27,834 nucleotides of DNA from positions 1 to 27,834 of the forward strand of contig JAIROD010000815.1 of the NCBI GenBank assembly GCA_031257725.1, given 5' to 3'. Source of the stretch: Planctomycetaceae bacterium (GTDB lineage: Bacteria; Planctomycetota; Planctomycetia; Pirellulales; Thermoguttaceae). Shown one piece after another: positions 18,283 through 26,191 of the stretch. A program made the position numbers and the translations under genes. Numbering within the stretch: position 1 is the first letter of the stretch; each line of letters begins with the position of its first letter. Below the pieces are notes generated by a model. The model saw only the letters and a list, made by a program, of their open reading frames with translations. It did not search any database and was not told the origin of the DNA.

Positions 18283-19143
18283 TCACCACGACGGTAATAA
18301 CACTTCTTTTCCGTCAAAGGTATCTTTGAGGGCTTGTTTAACGGCATCGGTTTTGTACGCTTTTTCCAAAATCCGTACTTTTTCCGATCCTAAATTTTCT
18401 TTACGTACAGCAATGATATCCGGTGCTTGTAACTCCTTGCGTTCACCAGCCAAAGCATCTTTGCCAAATTCCAAACCGATTTCCGACGCAACCGTCGCGT
18501 AAAGAAAACCGGCGTCCGCTTCCTCCAACGCTTTAGCCAACATCGTGTAATCAACCTCGATAAACTTCAATTTTTTCGGATTATCGACGATGTCTTTTTT
18601 TGTAATGCTAATTGGATTGACTCCTTCTTTTAACTTAATCAAACCGGCATCCGCCAGAATCACAAACGCACGAAAATTGTTTCCGGGATCATTGGCAATT
18701 GTGATCGTTGCCCCTTCCGGCAGGTCTTGCAAGTTTTTATGTTTCTTTGAAAACAAACCCGCTCGATCCGTAAACACTTCAAACGCAACAGCAAGATTAC
18801 CTTTATGTGTTGCGTTAAATTCGTTCATGTACGGTGCATGCTGGTGATAATTTGCCAAATATTCACCACGCTCAACCGCTTCATTAAGCTGCGTGTTGTC
18901 CGCAAGGAACGTGTATTGCAATTTGTAACCAAGCTTCTCAACCTCCTGAGACAAAACTTTCGTCGTGTCTTCATAGGCTTTCAAGTTACACGATGCAAAT
19001 TTGATAACCTTATCGCTCTGCTCGGTTTGACTCTGCTTTCCGCCGCATCCTGTCAATATCGGTAACGTTAAAAATATTACCGAAGAAAGAATCGTTACAA
19101 CAAACGTTGTTGTAAAAAGTGTTGTGAAATGTTGTCTTTTCAT
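18283..19143 (-). CDS. metQ: MetQ/NlpA-family ABC substrate-binding lipoprotein
   Basis: Lipobox LTGC, YHQHAPYMNEFN, TIANDPGNNFRA, DIVDNPKKLKF. Family assignment is firm; the ligand is not. Confidence 0.85.
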   Translation of the reverse strand: MKRQHFTTLFTTTFVVTILSSVIFLTLPILTGCGGKQSQTEQSDKVIKFASCNLKAYEDTTKVLSQEVEKLGYKLQYTFLADNTQLNEAVERGEYLANYHQHAPYMNEFNATHKGNLAVAFEVFTDRAGLFSKKHKNLQDLPEGATITIANDPGNNFRAFVILADAGLIKLKEGVNPISITKKDIVDNPKKLKFIEVDYTMLAKALEEADAGFLYATVASEIGLEFGKDALAGERKELQAPDIIAVRKENLGSEKVRILEKAYKTDAVKQALKDTFDGKEVLLPSW

Positions 19144-19387
19144 TTTCTTTACCTCATTGGGTTAAAAATTGTTAACGGAACAGGAAACAATTCCCCGATC
19201 CTTTTCGTATGCTTCTCTTTCAGGGGCGAAGGAGTTTTCGTTAAATTTAGGTGAATATACTCGTTATACTTGAGTTTTCTGTTTCTATAACGGCAACATC
19301 CCGTTGCCGTGAATTTCTTTCGGCAGCGAGGACGTGACCGTTACTGATGAGGACACTACCGTTACGATTTGTCAAAATATTATTAAA

Positions 19388-19403
19388 CGCAAAAAACGTG
19401 CCA
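19388..19403 (-). promoter_or_regulatory. sigma54 (-24/-12) promoter for the metQ-cysK-...-nifX-like operon
   Basis: Minus strand reads TGGCAC-GTTTT-TTGCG, a near-perfect match to TGGCAC-N5-TTGCW. Confidence 0.8.
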
Positions 19404-19504
19404 GTTTTGTGATTAAATTGTTAAAGTTTTAAATTGAGCAGTAAAAAACGGAGTAATTCGTTGATAACTTGCTAAATTTAAAAGACTTAAAGCAAAACAT
19501 ACTA

Positions 19505-19520
19505 TGTAACTATGTTTACA
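19505..19520. promoter_or_regulatory. TGT-N10-ACA site (NifA-type upstream activator sequence candidate)
   Basis: TGTAACTATGTTTACA lies about 100 bp upstream of the sigma54 box, inside the perfectly conserved core. Identical copy at 27104-27119. Confidence 0.5.
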
Positions 19521-19649
19521 GTAATTAGTTTTATCAATTGTCAATATTCTGTCAATAGCCGGTTTGCTAAAAATTTTCGCCAATAATATGCCAATTTTGG
19601 GGAATTAAAAAAGACATTGTCGAAACAATGCCCTGATTCAAATACTATT

Positions 19650-19773
19650 GGGAACCTCTAAAAATTCAATTTTGATCTTGAATATTTGCCGCAACTGTCC
19701 CTAAAATTATGGGCTATGGGACATGAGGGACGATAAGGACAAAAAGGACAAATGAGTATTTTTAGAAATTCTC
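19650..19773. repeat. Small element bounded by GGGAACCTCTAAAAAT and ATTTTTAGAAATTCTC, containing 9-bp GGACA repeats
   Basis: Inverted termini around GGGCTATGG GACATGAGG GACGATAAG GACAAAAAG GACAAATGA. Counterpart at 27247-27381; lone termini at 19890 and 25906. Confidence 0.55.
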
Positions 19774-19778
19774 TAATT

Positions 19779-19846
19779 CCGTCATATTTCACGGCTCAAC
19801 CGTAAAACAACCGTGAAATATGACGGCTACCCGTGAAATATGATAG
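19779..19846. promoter_or_regulatory. Array of CCGTGAAATATGACGG palindromic sites
   Basis: Sites at 19779-19794 (reverse orientation), 19811-19826 and 19831-19846. Confidence 0.7.
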
Positions 19847-20117
19847 TTTAGCAACAAAATAATTTCCGGTTCCTGATTTTTTTACATTTGGGAATCTCTA
19901 AAAAATTCAAATCTGTTTCCCACAAAAATAAATGATTTATCATTTTTTTGTTATATTATCCTCAGATTACGCAGATTTTTGCCCCTACTTGTAATTCCTT
20001 TCCCTTTTACTAGAATCACACCAATTGTAATTTTTTATCCCTTTTTCACCCCTTCGGAGAATAAACCGTTTGATCATTAAAAATTAAACGATAAAAATTA
20101 GACGAAAAGTCATTAGT

Positions 20118-20345
20118 CCGACTCCAAAATCCTTGCAAGATTGTTTTTTGGACTGCATCTTTCCCGTTGTTCAACCACTTTTTTAAAAAGTGTTAATAGC
20201 GGGTTACTGTGCCTTGTTTGACTGTTACCAAAACGAATGAACTTACGTCCGCTGTAAGCGGGCGTTGGCTCATATTGTTTTGGTAACGGTTCTTGCAAGG
20301 ATACCGGGAGTCGGGCAATGGGAGACCAATGCCCTTTCTTTTTGC
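20118..20345. other. Multi-stem structured segment upstream of the DNA methyltransferase
   Basis: Outer inverted repeat 20118-20140/20291-20314, a long inner hairpin at 20224-20287, then a GAGA-loop hairpin (about 20313-20334) followed by a T-rich tract. Confidence 0.45.
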
Positions 20346-20423
20346 GCAACTTTCCGGTTGCGGCTCTGATGATGGTGTGTTGCTCCGATTCTCGTCCGGT
20401 TCTCCGCAACGCAACGCAACACG

Positions 20424-21398
20424 ATGGCAAAAGCGTCCAATTCCAATCTGCATACCGCCAAGAACAAAAAGAATGATGAGTTCTACACCCAACTGACTGA
20501 CATTGAAAATGAATTGAAACATTATAAACAACATTTTACCGGCAAGACCGTTTTATGTAACTGTGACGATCCGCGTGAAAGTAATTTCGTCAAATATTTT
20601 TTCGATCATTTTTATACTCTTCGTCTGAAACGGCTGATTGCAACTTGCTACAAAAATTCGTCTGTCGATTTGTTTAGTACGCATACCGCAAAGCAATCGG
20701 TTTGGTTAGATTACACCGGCGAAGGGCGAACCGACGATGTCAATCCTGACCGCCGGAAAATGAAACCGAAAACATTCAAAGGCGACGGCGATTTTCGCAG
20801 TCTTGAATGTATCGAATTATTAAAACAAGCCGACATCGTTTGCACCAATCCACCGTTCTCGCTGTTCAGAGAATATGTTGCGCAACTCGTGGATTATGAT
20901 AAAAGATTTTTGATCATAGGACATCAAAACGCAATTACGTACAAGGAAATTTTTAAATTGATTAAAGAGAATAAAATTTGGTTAGGATATGGATTTACAG
21001 GCGGAGCAGCACATTTCATAAATTTACATTACGAGGATTATGCAACTGCAAGTAATCACAAGGAAGGGATGATAAGGGTTTCAGGTGTTCATTGGTTTAC
21101 AAATCTTGAAACATCGAAGCGGCACGAAAAATTAGAATTGTACAAAAAATACAATCCGGCAGAATATCCAAAGTATGACAATTACGATGCAATAGAAGTA
21201 TCAAAAACAACAAACATACCAATGGATTACGACGGCGTTATGGGTGTGCCGATCACGTTTCTCGATAAATATAATCCTGAACAATTTGAGATTATCGGAT
21301 TAGATCGATATGTTGTAGGAAATAGAACGCCGAACAAACGAATGCAACTTGACGGAAGAGAACTTTACGCTCGTATTTTGATACGTTATCAGCGTTAA
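20424..21398 (+). CDS. Adenine-specific DNA methyltransferase, EcoRI family
   Basis: AKNKKNDEFYT, VLCNCDDP, GDFRS, catalytic TNPPFS, and GVMGVPITFLDKY. Confidence 0.9.
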   Translation: MAKASNSNLHTAKNKKNDEFYTQLTDIENELKHYKQHFTGKTVLCNCDDPRESNFVKYFFDHFYTLRLKRLIATCYKNSSVDLFSTHTAKQSVWLDYTGEGRTDDVNPDRRKMKPKTFKGDGDFRSLECIELLKQADIVCTNPPFSLFREYVAQLVDYDKRFLIIGHQNAITYKEIFKLIKENKIWLGYGFTGGAAHFINLHYEDYATASNHKEGMIRVSGVHWFTNLETSKRHEKLELYKKYNPAEYPKYDNYDAIEVSKTTNIPMDYDGVMGVPITFLDKYNPEQFEIIGLDRYVVGNRTPNKRMQLDGRELYARILIRYQR

Positions 21399-21617
21399 TT
21401 GATGTGAAGTTCGTCGGCACTGGGCTTGCCAAGAAAATAAATATAAGCGATAATGGTTGAGTGTATTTTTCACACGTTAAAATTGGTTTTTTGGTTTTTT
21501 GTTTTGTCCAAAAAATTTGTAATATATCAGTGGAGTTTTTATTTTTAATGTGAAAAGCAGAACAGGCAAACCTCATTTTTTTCTTAACTAAACGATTCAC
21601 CAAAAAAACCTCAGTAG

Positions 21618-21791
21618 CAGACGAATGCCTACGAGAAACAAAACGGTGTTTGCCCGCATTGCAAGCAGCCGTTTGACATTACAAAAATGGAAGGCGATCA
21701 TATCACACCTTGGAGTCAAGGCGGCAAGACAACAGCGGAAAATTGCCAAATGCTTTGCAAAGACTGCAATCGGAGAAAAGCAGGATGGTAA
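21618..21791 (+). pseudogene. HNH endonuclease C-terminal remnant
   Basis: A frame absent from the ORF track reads QTNAYEKQNGVCPHCKQPFDITKMEGDHITPWSQGGKTTAENCQMLCKDCNRRKAGW*, with CxxC...DH...N...CxxCN. It is preceded by an in-frame TAG (21615-21617) and has no start codon. Confidence 0.8.
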
Positions 21792-21812
21792 CATTAACAG
21801 TCTATTTTAATT

Positions 21813-21922
21813 GTAATATATCAGTGGAATTTTCGAAAATTTGTTTACGAATGGAAATTGAAAGGTAGGCGACCTTTTGCCAAAACATTGCCTACCTCGC
21901 GAAAATTCCACTGATATATTAC
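21813..21922. mobile_element. 110-bp MITE/REPIN-like element with perfect 23-bp terminal inverted repeats
   Basis: GTAATATATCAGTGGAATTTTCG ... CGAAAATTCCACTGATATATTAC, with an inner AGGTAGGC/GCCTACCT stem. A lone end of the same family lies at 21519-21534. Confidence 0.75.
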
Positions 21923-21929
21923 CTTTTTT

Positions 21930-22592
21930 TCAAATCCTTTTATCTAATTTTTGGGCAATAATTCTTCCTACTGTCTGAATTGCCTGCACGAGCAAAATGA
22001 TTAGGATAACGGTAAAAATCATTACTTCGGGCTGGTAGCGGTAATATCCGTAACGTATCGCGAAATCGCCGATTCCGCCTCCGCCGACAAGACCGGCAAC
22101 TGTTGAGTAGGAAATAAAGTTGATGCTGATTAATGTTGCAGAGCTAACCATGCCGGAACGGGCTTCACGGTACAACACTTTCCAAATAATCTGATAAATG
22201 TTCGCACCGGCTGCTTCCGCCATCTCAATCACTCCACGATTTACTTCAAGCAACACCTGTTCAATAAGCCGTGCAAAATCCGGTGTTGCACTAATCGTTA
22301 ACGGTACAATAACCGCCGTTGTTCCAAGCGATGTACCAACAATTAACCGCGTCAACGGAATAATTGCAACAAGAAGTACAAGAAACGGAAATGACCGGAT
22401 AATATTGACCATTGCGTCCAACACTAGGTAAATTCGCTGCTTCTGCATCATCGACCCCGGACGGATCAAATAAAGATACGTGCCAAGAGGAATACCAAGT
22501 ATCGCCGCAATACTCAACGTAAAAAACATCATATAAAATGTTTGCCCGAATGCTGTCGTAATTTGGGGCATGAGTTCCCATATTTTGTTCAT
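21930..22592 (-). CDS. metI: MetI-family ABC transporter permease
   Basis: NIIRSFPFLVLL, an EAA-like loop (EMAEAAGA) and GGGGIGDFAIRYGYYRYQ. Start at 22592 with a GGAGGAG RBS; the ORF track starts at 22616. Confidence 0.92.
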   Translation of the reverse strand: MNKIWELMPQITTAFGQTFYMMFFTLSIAAILGIPLGTYLYLIRPGSMMQKQRIYLVLDAMVNIIRSFPFLVLLVAIIPLTRLIVGTSLGTTAVIVPLTISATPDFARLIEQVLLEVNRGVIEMAEAAGANIYQIIWKVLYREARSGMVSSATLISINFISYSTVAGLVGGGGIGDFAIRYGYYRYQPEVMIFTVILIILLVQAIQTVGRIIAQKLDKRI

Positions 22593-22662
22593 TAAATTTC
22601 TCCTCCATATAATCAAATGATCCGGCGGTTACACACCTCTCACGCCTGATAGGTTAATATTG

Positions 22663-23697
22663 TTATAAAAGGCAGCTGTATTTTCTTGTTGCAGCAACCA
22701 TTGCCTTTAGATTTTCGATACGAATGTTCGGGGAAAGTCCGCATCCGGGCTGAATAATAACGCCTGTCTTGTACTTTAATTTTCCAATTGTTTCCTTCAA
22801 ACGAGCATCAACCGTATTAACGTCACCCAAATACAACGTGTCCGCCGGATCAACTCCGCCCGCAACCGCAAAACGTTTCACAAATATCTTTTGCGCAACA
22901 TCCAAATCCACCAATTCACTAAAATATAAAATGTCGGCACCCGTCTTTCCCACCAAATCAATAATAGGATATTCCCCGCCGCAAGGATGATATAACGTCA
23001 TTGCTCCGGTTTGCTTAAAACCTTGTATGGTTTTCGTCAAATAAGGAAGTGCTAACTCGGCATATATCGCAGGGGAAATACAGGAAGGCGAGGATGTCCC
23101 ATCGCCAATACTGAGCAAATCCGCTCCGGCATCCACAAAATGTTGCGCAAGTTGTATCTGTAAGTCGGCAATACGATCACATATCCGATGAACCAAAGGT
23201 TTATTTTTTCGGGTAGAACCCAAAAGAACTTCCAACCCCAAAAGACGTGCCGCTAAATTGAATACTCCATAAGAATTTACCTCCAACGTAACACGCTCGC
23301 CAATTGCTTTTTTTATCTGCCGCACCGTCGTCAACAACGCTTGCACAAACTCGTTTTTCAACGCATCGGAAAAATCCAACTTATCCACCTCTTCAATACT
23401 AAAAACCGTCGGCACTCCAAATTGCGGATGATCGTTCTCTGGCCAGTTCAACCGTGCGCCCAAAACATCCTGAGTCGCCGGCGCAAGATTCAAACAAATA
23501 ACATCATCATCAACCGCTTCATACATCGCAAGCTCCGATTGAGTCATCGCCTCCGCATCGAGAAAATAATCCCGATTCAATTTTCTACCAATTAACGCCG
23601 GTCCCAACGGCGACTTGTTCCCAAACACCGGAATATAATCCACCGGCTTCCAATGCACCGCCGCCCAAACCCGTTCTTTTGAAGTCATCGTCATCAA
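22663..23697 (-). CDS. URO-D-fold MtaA/CmuA-like protein
   Basis: TSKERV start, GVFNLAARLLG, SIGDGTSS, YHPCGG (HxC), GGVDP and QPGCG. Confidence 0.85.
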   Translation of the reverse strand: MMTMTSKERVWAAVHWKPVDYIPVFGNKSPLGPALIGRKLNRDYFLDAEAMTQSELAMYEAVDDDVICLNLAPATQDVLGARLNWPENDHPQFGVPTVFSIEEVDKLDFSDALKNEFVQALLTTVRQIKKAIGERVTLEVNSYGVFNLAARLLGLEVLLGSTRKNKPLVHRICDRIADLQIQLAQHFVDAGADLLSIGDGTSSPSCISPAIYAELALPYLTKTIQGFKQTGAMTLYHPCGGEYPIIDLVGKTGADILYFSELVDLDVAQKIFVKRFAVAGGVDPADTLYLGDVNTVDARLKETIGKLKYKTGVIIQPGCGLSPNIRIENLKAMVAATRKYSCLL

Positions 23698-23700
23698 TCT

Positions 23701-25083
23701 TTAATCCTCTCTTTTTATTGTTTCACAACTTGAATCTTTCCCGCGATTCAAACTTTTATGGGGATTACTCCCGTAACTCCTAATATGTTCCCAACCTCGA
23801 TAGGGTGTCGATTGAGGATTTTGTTCCAACATTTTGGCTTCGTCAAAATATTTTTGAATATCATGGTTACGGTAAATATTACGATCTTCTCCAATCGGAC
23901 AAACCTTCATGCACGCATAACACGGATTTTTGTAATCAGCCGCCAACTTCACATTATAAGCACAACATTGACAATCATTGACCACTCTTGCTCCGCTAGG
24001 ACAAATCAATAAACAATTAAAACACTCGTTGCATAAATTTGACCGCTTGGAGAAATCGGACAAATTAACGTTAGTAAAATCAGTGTCTGTAGAATCAACA
24101 TGAGCAAAATAAACGTTGCTAAAATTGGTGTTATCAAAATTATTGTTCGCAAAATCAACGTCGGCAGAAAATGAAGTAACAATTGCCGTCAACTTTATCC
24201 GCATACCAAATTCCGGTGTAATCAAATGTCCGTTTCTTCCGATAAAACCCAAACCTGAACGAACTCCCCATTCCGTAACCTGCCGCTCCTCCCAACTTGT
24301 AATTTCCGCAAATTCACCGATATCGTTCAAATAATTGGCAAGACGTATTGCCGCTTTATCTAAAACCATTTTTACCGTTTTGTCATGTTCCAATCCCCAA
24401 ATAGACGGAGCAGTTTCAATAATCGGTAAAAGAAACGGAACTCCCAAAATAATGACAGTTTTACCCAGTGGATAAGAAAAGTAAGTATCGCTTTCCCGCT
24501 CTGATTCCCATTTGGCCAATCCGCATAACGGTGTTTTTGCAACAATTTTAATGTTTTCCGCTGTTAATGGTTGATCCTTTAACAGTTGTCGATATTGTGT
24601 AATTTCTTGAAACGTAAATCGATAGGTTGTCAAAACCGATGTTGTAATCAGTTCGCCCATACCTGCAAGATTTCCGGCAATCTCATGGTTATAAACCAAA
24701 ATGATTGCGTTCTTTTTTGCGAGTGAACCATCGCTGTCGCGGGGAATGTACACCGAAGGACAACCGTTTTCGTTCAATAATTTTGCAAGTTGATAAGCGG
24801 TTTCATCCAATATCTCATTTATCGTACATTCATTTACCGTACATTCCTCACGCCGTCTCATACCGATAACAATTACTGTTTCTGTACCAGACCATATTGC
24901 GCCGGGACATAAATGTTTCGGAATATCCGCCGCATCACACCATCTGGAAACCGGAACAAAAGCAATTGCCGAAATTCCAAAATTCCGCGCCCGACCGCAT
25001 ATCTGTTTCGTTATTTCGTCTTGATTTATTTGATTCATTATGATTTGGTAATATTTCAGTTGTATCAAAAATATCGTTGTCAT
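23701..25083 (-). CDS. QueG/reductive-dehalogenase-like Fe-S protein with a partially duplicated N-terminal domain
   Basis: The AIAFVPVSRW...TVIVIG domain recurs in degenerate form mid-protein. Also GLGFIGRNGHLITPEFG, CxxCxxCxxxCP...C...CxxCxxxCP and C-terminal WEHIRSYGS. Confidence 0.75.
   Translation of the reverse strand: MTTIFLIQLKYYQIIMNQINQDEITKQICGRARNFGISAIAFVPVSRWCDAADIPKHLCPGAIWSGTETVIVIGMRRREECTVNECTINEILDETAYQLAKLLNENGCPSVYIPRDSDGSLAKKNAIILVYNHEIAGNLAGMGELITTSVLTTYRFTFQEITQYRQLLKDQPLTAENIKIVAKTPLCGLAKWESERESDTYFSYPLGKTVIILGVPFLLPIIETAPSIWGLEHDKTVKMVLDKAAIRLANYLNDIGEFAEITSWEERQVTEWGVRSGLGFIGRNGHLITPEFGMRIKLTAIVTSFSADVDFANNNFDNTNFSNVYFAHVDSTDTDFTNVNLSDFSKRSNLCNECFNCLLICPSGARVVNDCQCCAYNVKLAADYKNPCYACMKVCPIGEDRNIYRNHDIQKYFDEAKMLEQNPQSTPYRGWEHIRSYGSNPHKSLNRGKDSSCETIKRED
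24052..24156 (-). repeat. In-frame 15-bp/pentapeptide repeat insertion (7 units)
   Basis: DFANN NFDNT NFSNV YFAHV DSTDT DFTNV NLSDF, immediately before the first Fe-S motif. Confidence 0.7.
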
Positions 25084-25874
25084 CCGCTCAAGCGATCACC
25101 GGTTAAATTTCCGCCAATTCCCATTGTCCATTTGGTGTAATCATGATGTGCTGCCAGATATTCTTGTGTTTTCGCCGCGTGATAAAGTTTTCGATCCTCA
25201 CCTACCGGACAGGTCTTGATACAAAAACCACAATGATTATAAGGATTTCCGTCAAAGGCTTGATTCGCGCATTTAATTTTGTTCATATTATTACGTCCGT
25301 TTTTTTCATTTTGTGAGAACACCTTTTCAGGACACATTCGTACACATATTCCGCAACGGTTACACAAATTTTTAACGATCATCGGCGAGCCTTGCATTTC
25401 TGCTGTTGTAAAAACCGAAACCAATCGGTGACGGGGACCGTATTCTTTTGTGATAAGCGTTTGATTGATACCGATTGTGCCAAGTCCCGCATAGTACGCT
25501 GCCCATACATGCGAAAAAGCCGTGCAAGGATTTTTCCGTAACATTCTCTGATGTCCGTAACCGTCTCGGCTGACATGAAGGGATGCATAACCTTTTCCAA
25601 TTAAAAATAAAGCAATCAAATAAGCAATCTCGTCCAGCCGTCTGTTGAGAATATCATATTGGGAACGGTACAGATGGGATATTTTGGTTTCGACAATCGG
25701 CAGCAAGGACGGAACACTAATTGAAATCACCGTTTTACAGTCTGACCATAAAGCGTCAGGATAAAAATCCGGCGGAACATCTGCCTCGTACCAACGGGAA
25801 ACCGGCGCAAATCCAATCAATCCGGCTCCAATCTCCTTGGAATATTCTATTACTTTTTCTTGTAACATTATCAT
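25080..25874 (-). CDS. QueG (epoxyqueuosine reductase)/reductive-dehalogenase-like Fe-S protein
   Basis: GLIGFAPVSRW, SHVWAAYYAGLGTIG, GPRHRLVSVFT, CNRCGICVRMCP...C...CGFCIKTCP. ATGA overlap with the next gene. Confidence 0.8.
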   Translation of the reverse strand: MIMLQEKVIEYSKEIGAGLIGFAPVSRWYEADVPPDFYPDALWSDCKTVISISVPSLLPIVETKISHLYRSQYDILNRRLDEIAYLIALFLIGKGYASLHVSRDGYGHQRMLRKNPCTAFSHVWAAYYAGLGTIGINQTLITKEYGPRHRLVSVFTTAEMQGSPMIVKNLCNRCGICVRMCPEKVFSQNEKNGRNNMNKIKCANQAFDGNPYNHCGFCIKTCPVGEDRKLYHAAKTQEYLAAHHDYTKWTMGIGGNLTGDRLSG

Positions 25875-25925
25875 TGTCCGATTCTCCGAATGGTATCCGT
25901 CTATTGGGAATCTCTAAAAATATTT

Positions 25926-26179
25926 TTGTAACTATTCAGTAGAATTTTTGTCAATTTGTTTTCGTCGGGAAATCAAGAGGTAGGCGATGTTTCGCTATTG
26001 GCTAAAAACATCGCGTCGGCGTACTCGCCGACTTGACCCTGTGTTCGGATGGCAATTGGTGTTGCCTACCGTTTTGCGTTCCAATTTCCTGCCGTTCACA
26101 GGGGCAAGTCGGCTATCGCCGGCGCAATGTTTCGGCGAAACATTGCCTACCTTTCGGAAATTACACTGATATATTACAA
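25926..26179. mobile_element. About 255-bp MITE/REPIN-like element, same family as 21813-21922 and 510-608
   Basis: Imperfect terminal inverted repeats TTGTAACTATTCAGTAGAATTTT / AAATTACACTGATATATTACAA, with inner AGGTAGGC...GCCTACCT and GCCGACTTG...CAAGTCGGC stems. Confidence 0.7.
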
Positions 26180-26191
26180 ATATTTTTTACA

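Larger units (their letters stand above)
19390..19849 (-). repeat. Duplicated regulatory region, copy A (copy B at 26989-27506)
   Basis: Colinear similarity over about 460-520 bp, including a 48-bp identical core (19480-19527 = 27079-27126), the sigma54 box and the palindrome array. Confidence 0.9.

Noticed and set aside
19144-20345. SAM-I, T-box or cobalamin riboswitch
   Set aside because: I could not find the conserved cores (e.g. ATC..GAG/GCAACC/GAT for SAM-I, the T-box sequence, the B12 box). An Infernal scan would be decisive.
9468-23697. hemE (uroporphyrinogen decarboxylase)
   Set aside because: The HemE RQAGR motif is absent. HxC plus distal Cys Zn ligands and the corrinoid context fit MtaA/CmuA-type proteins.
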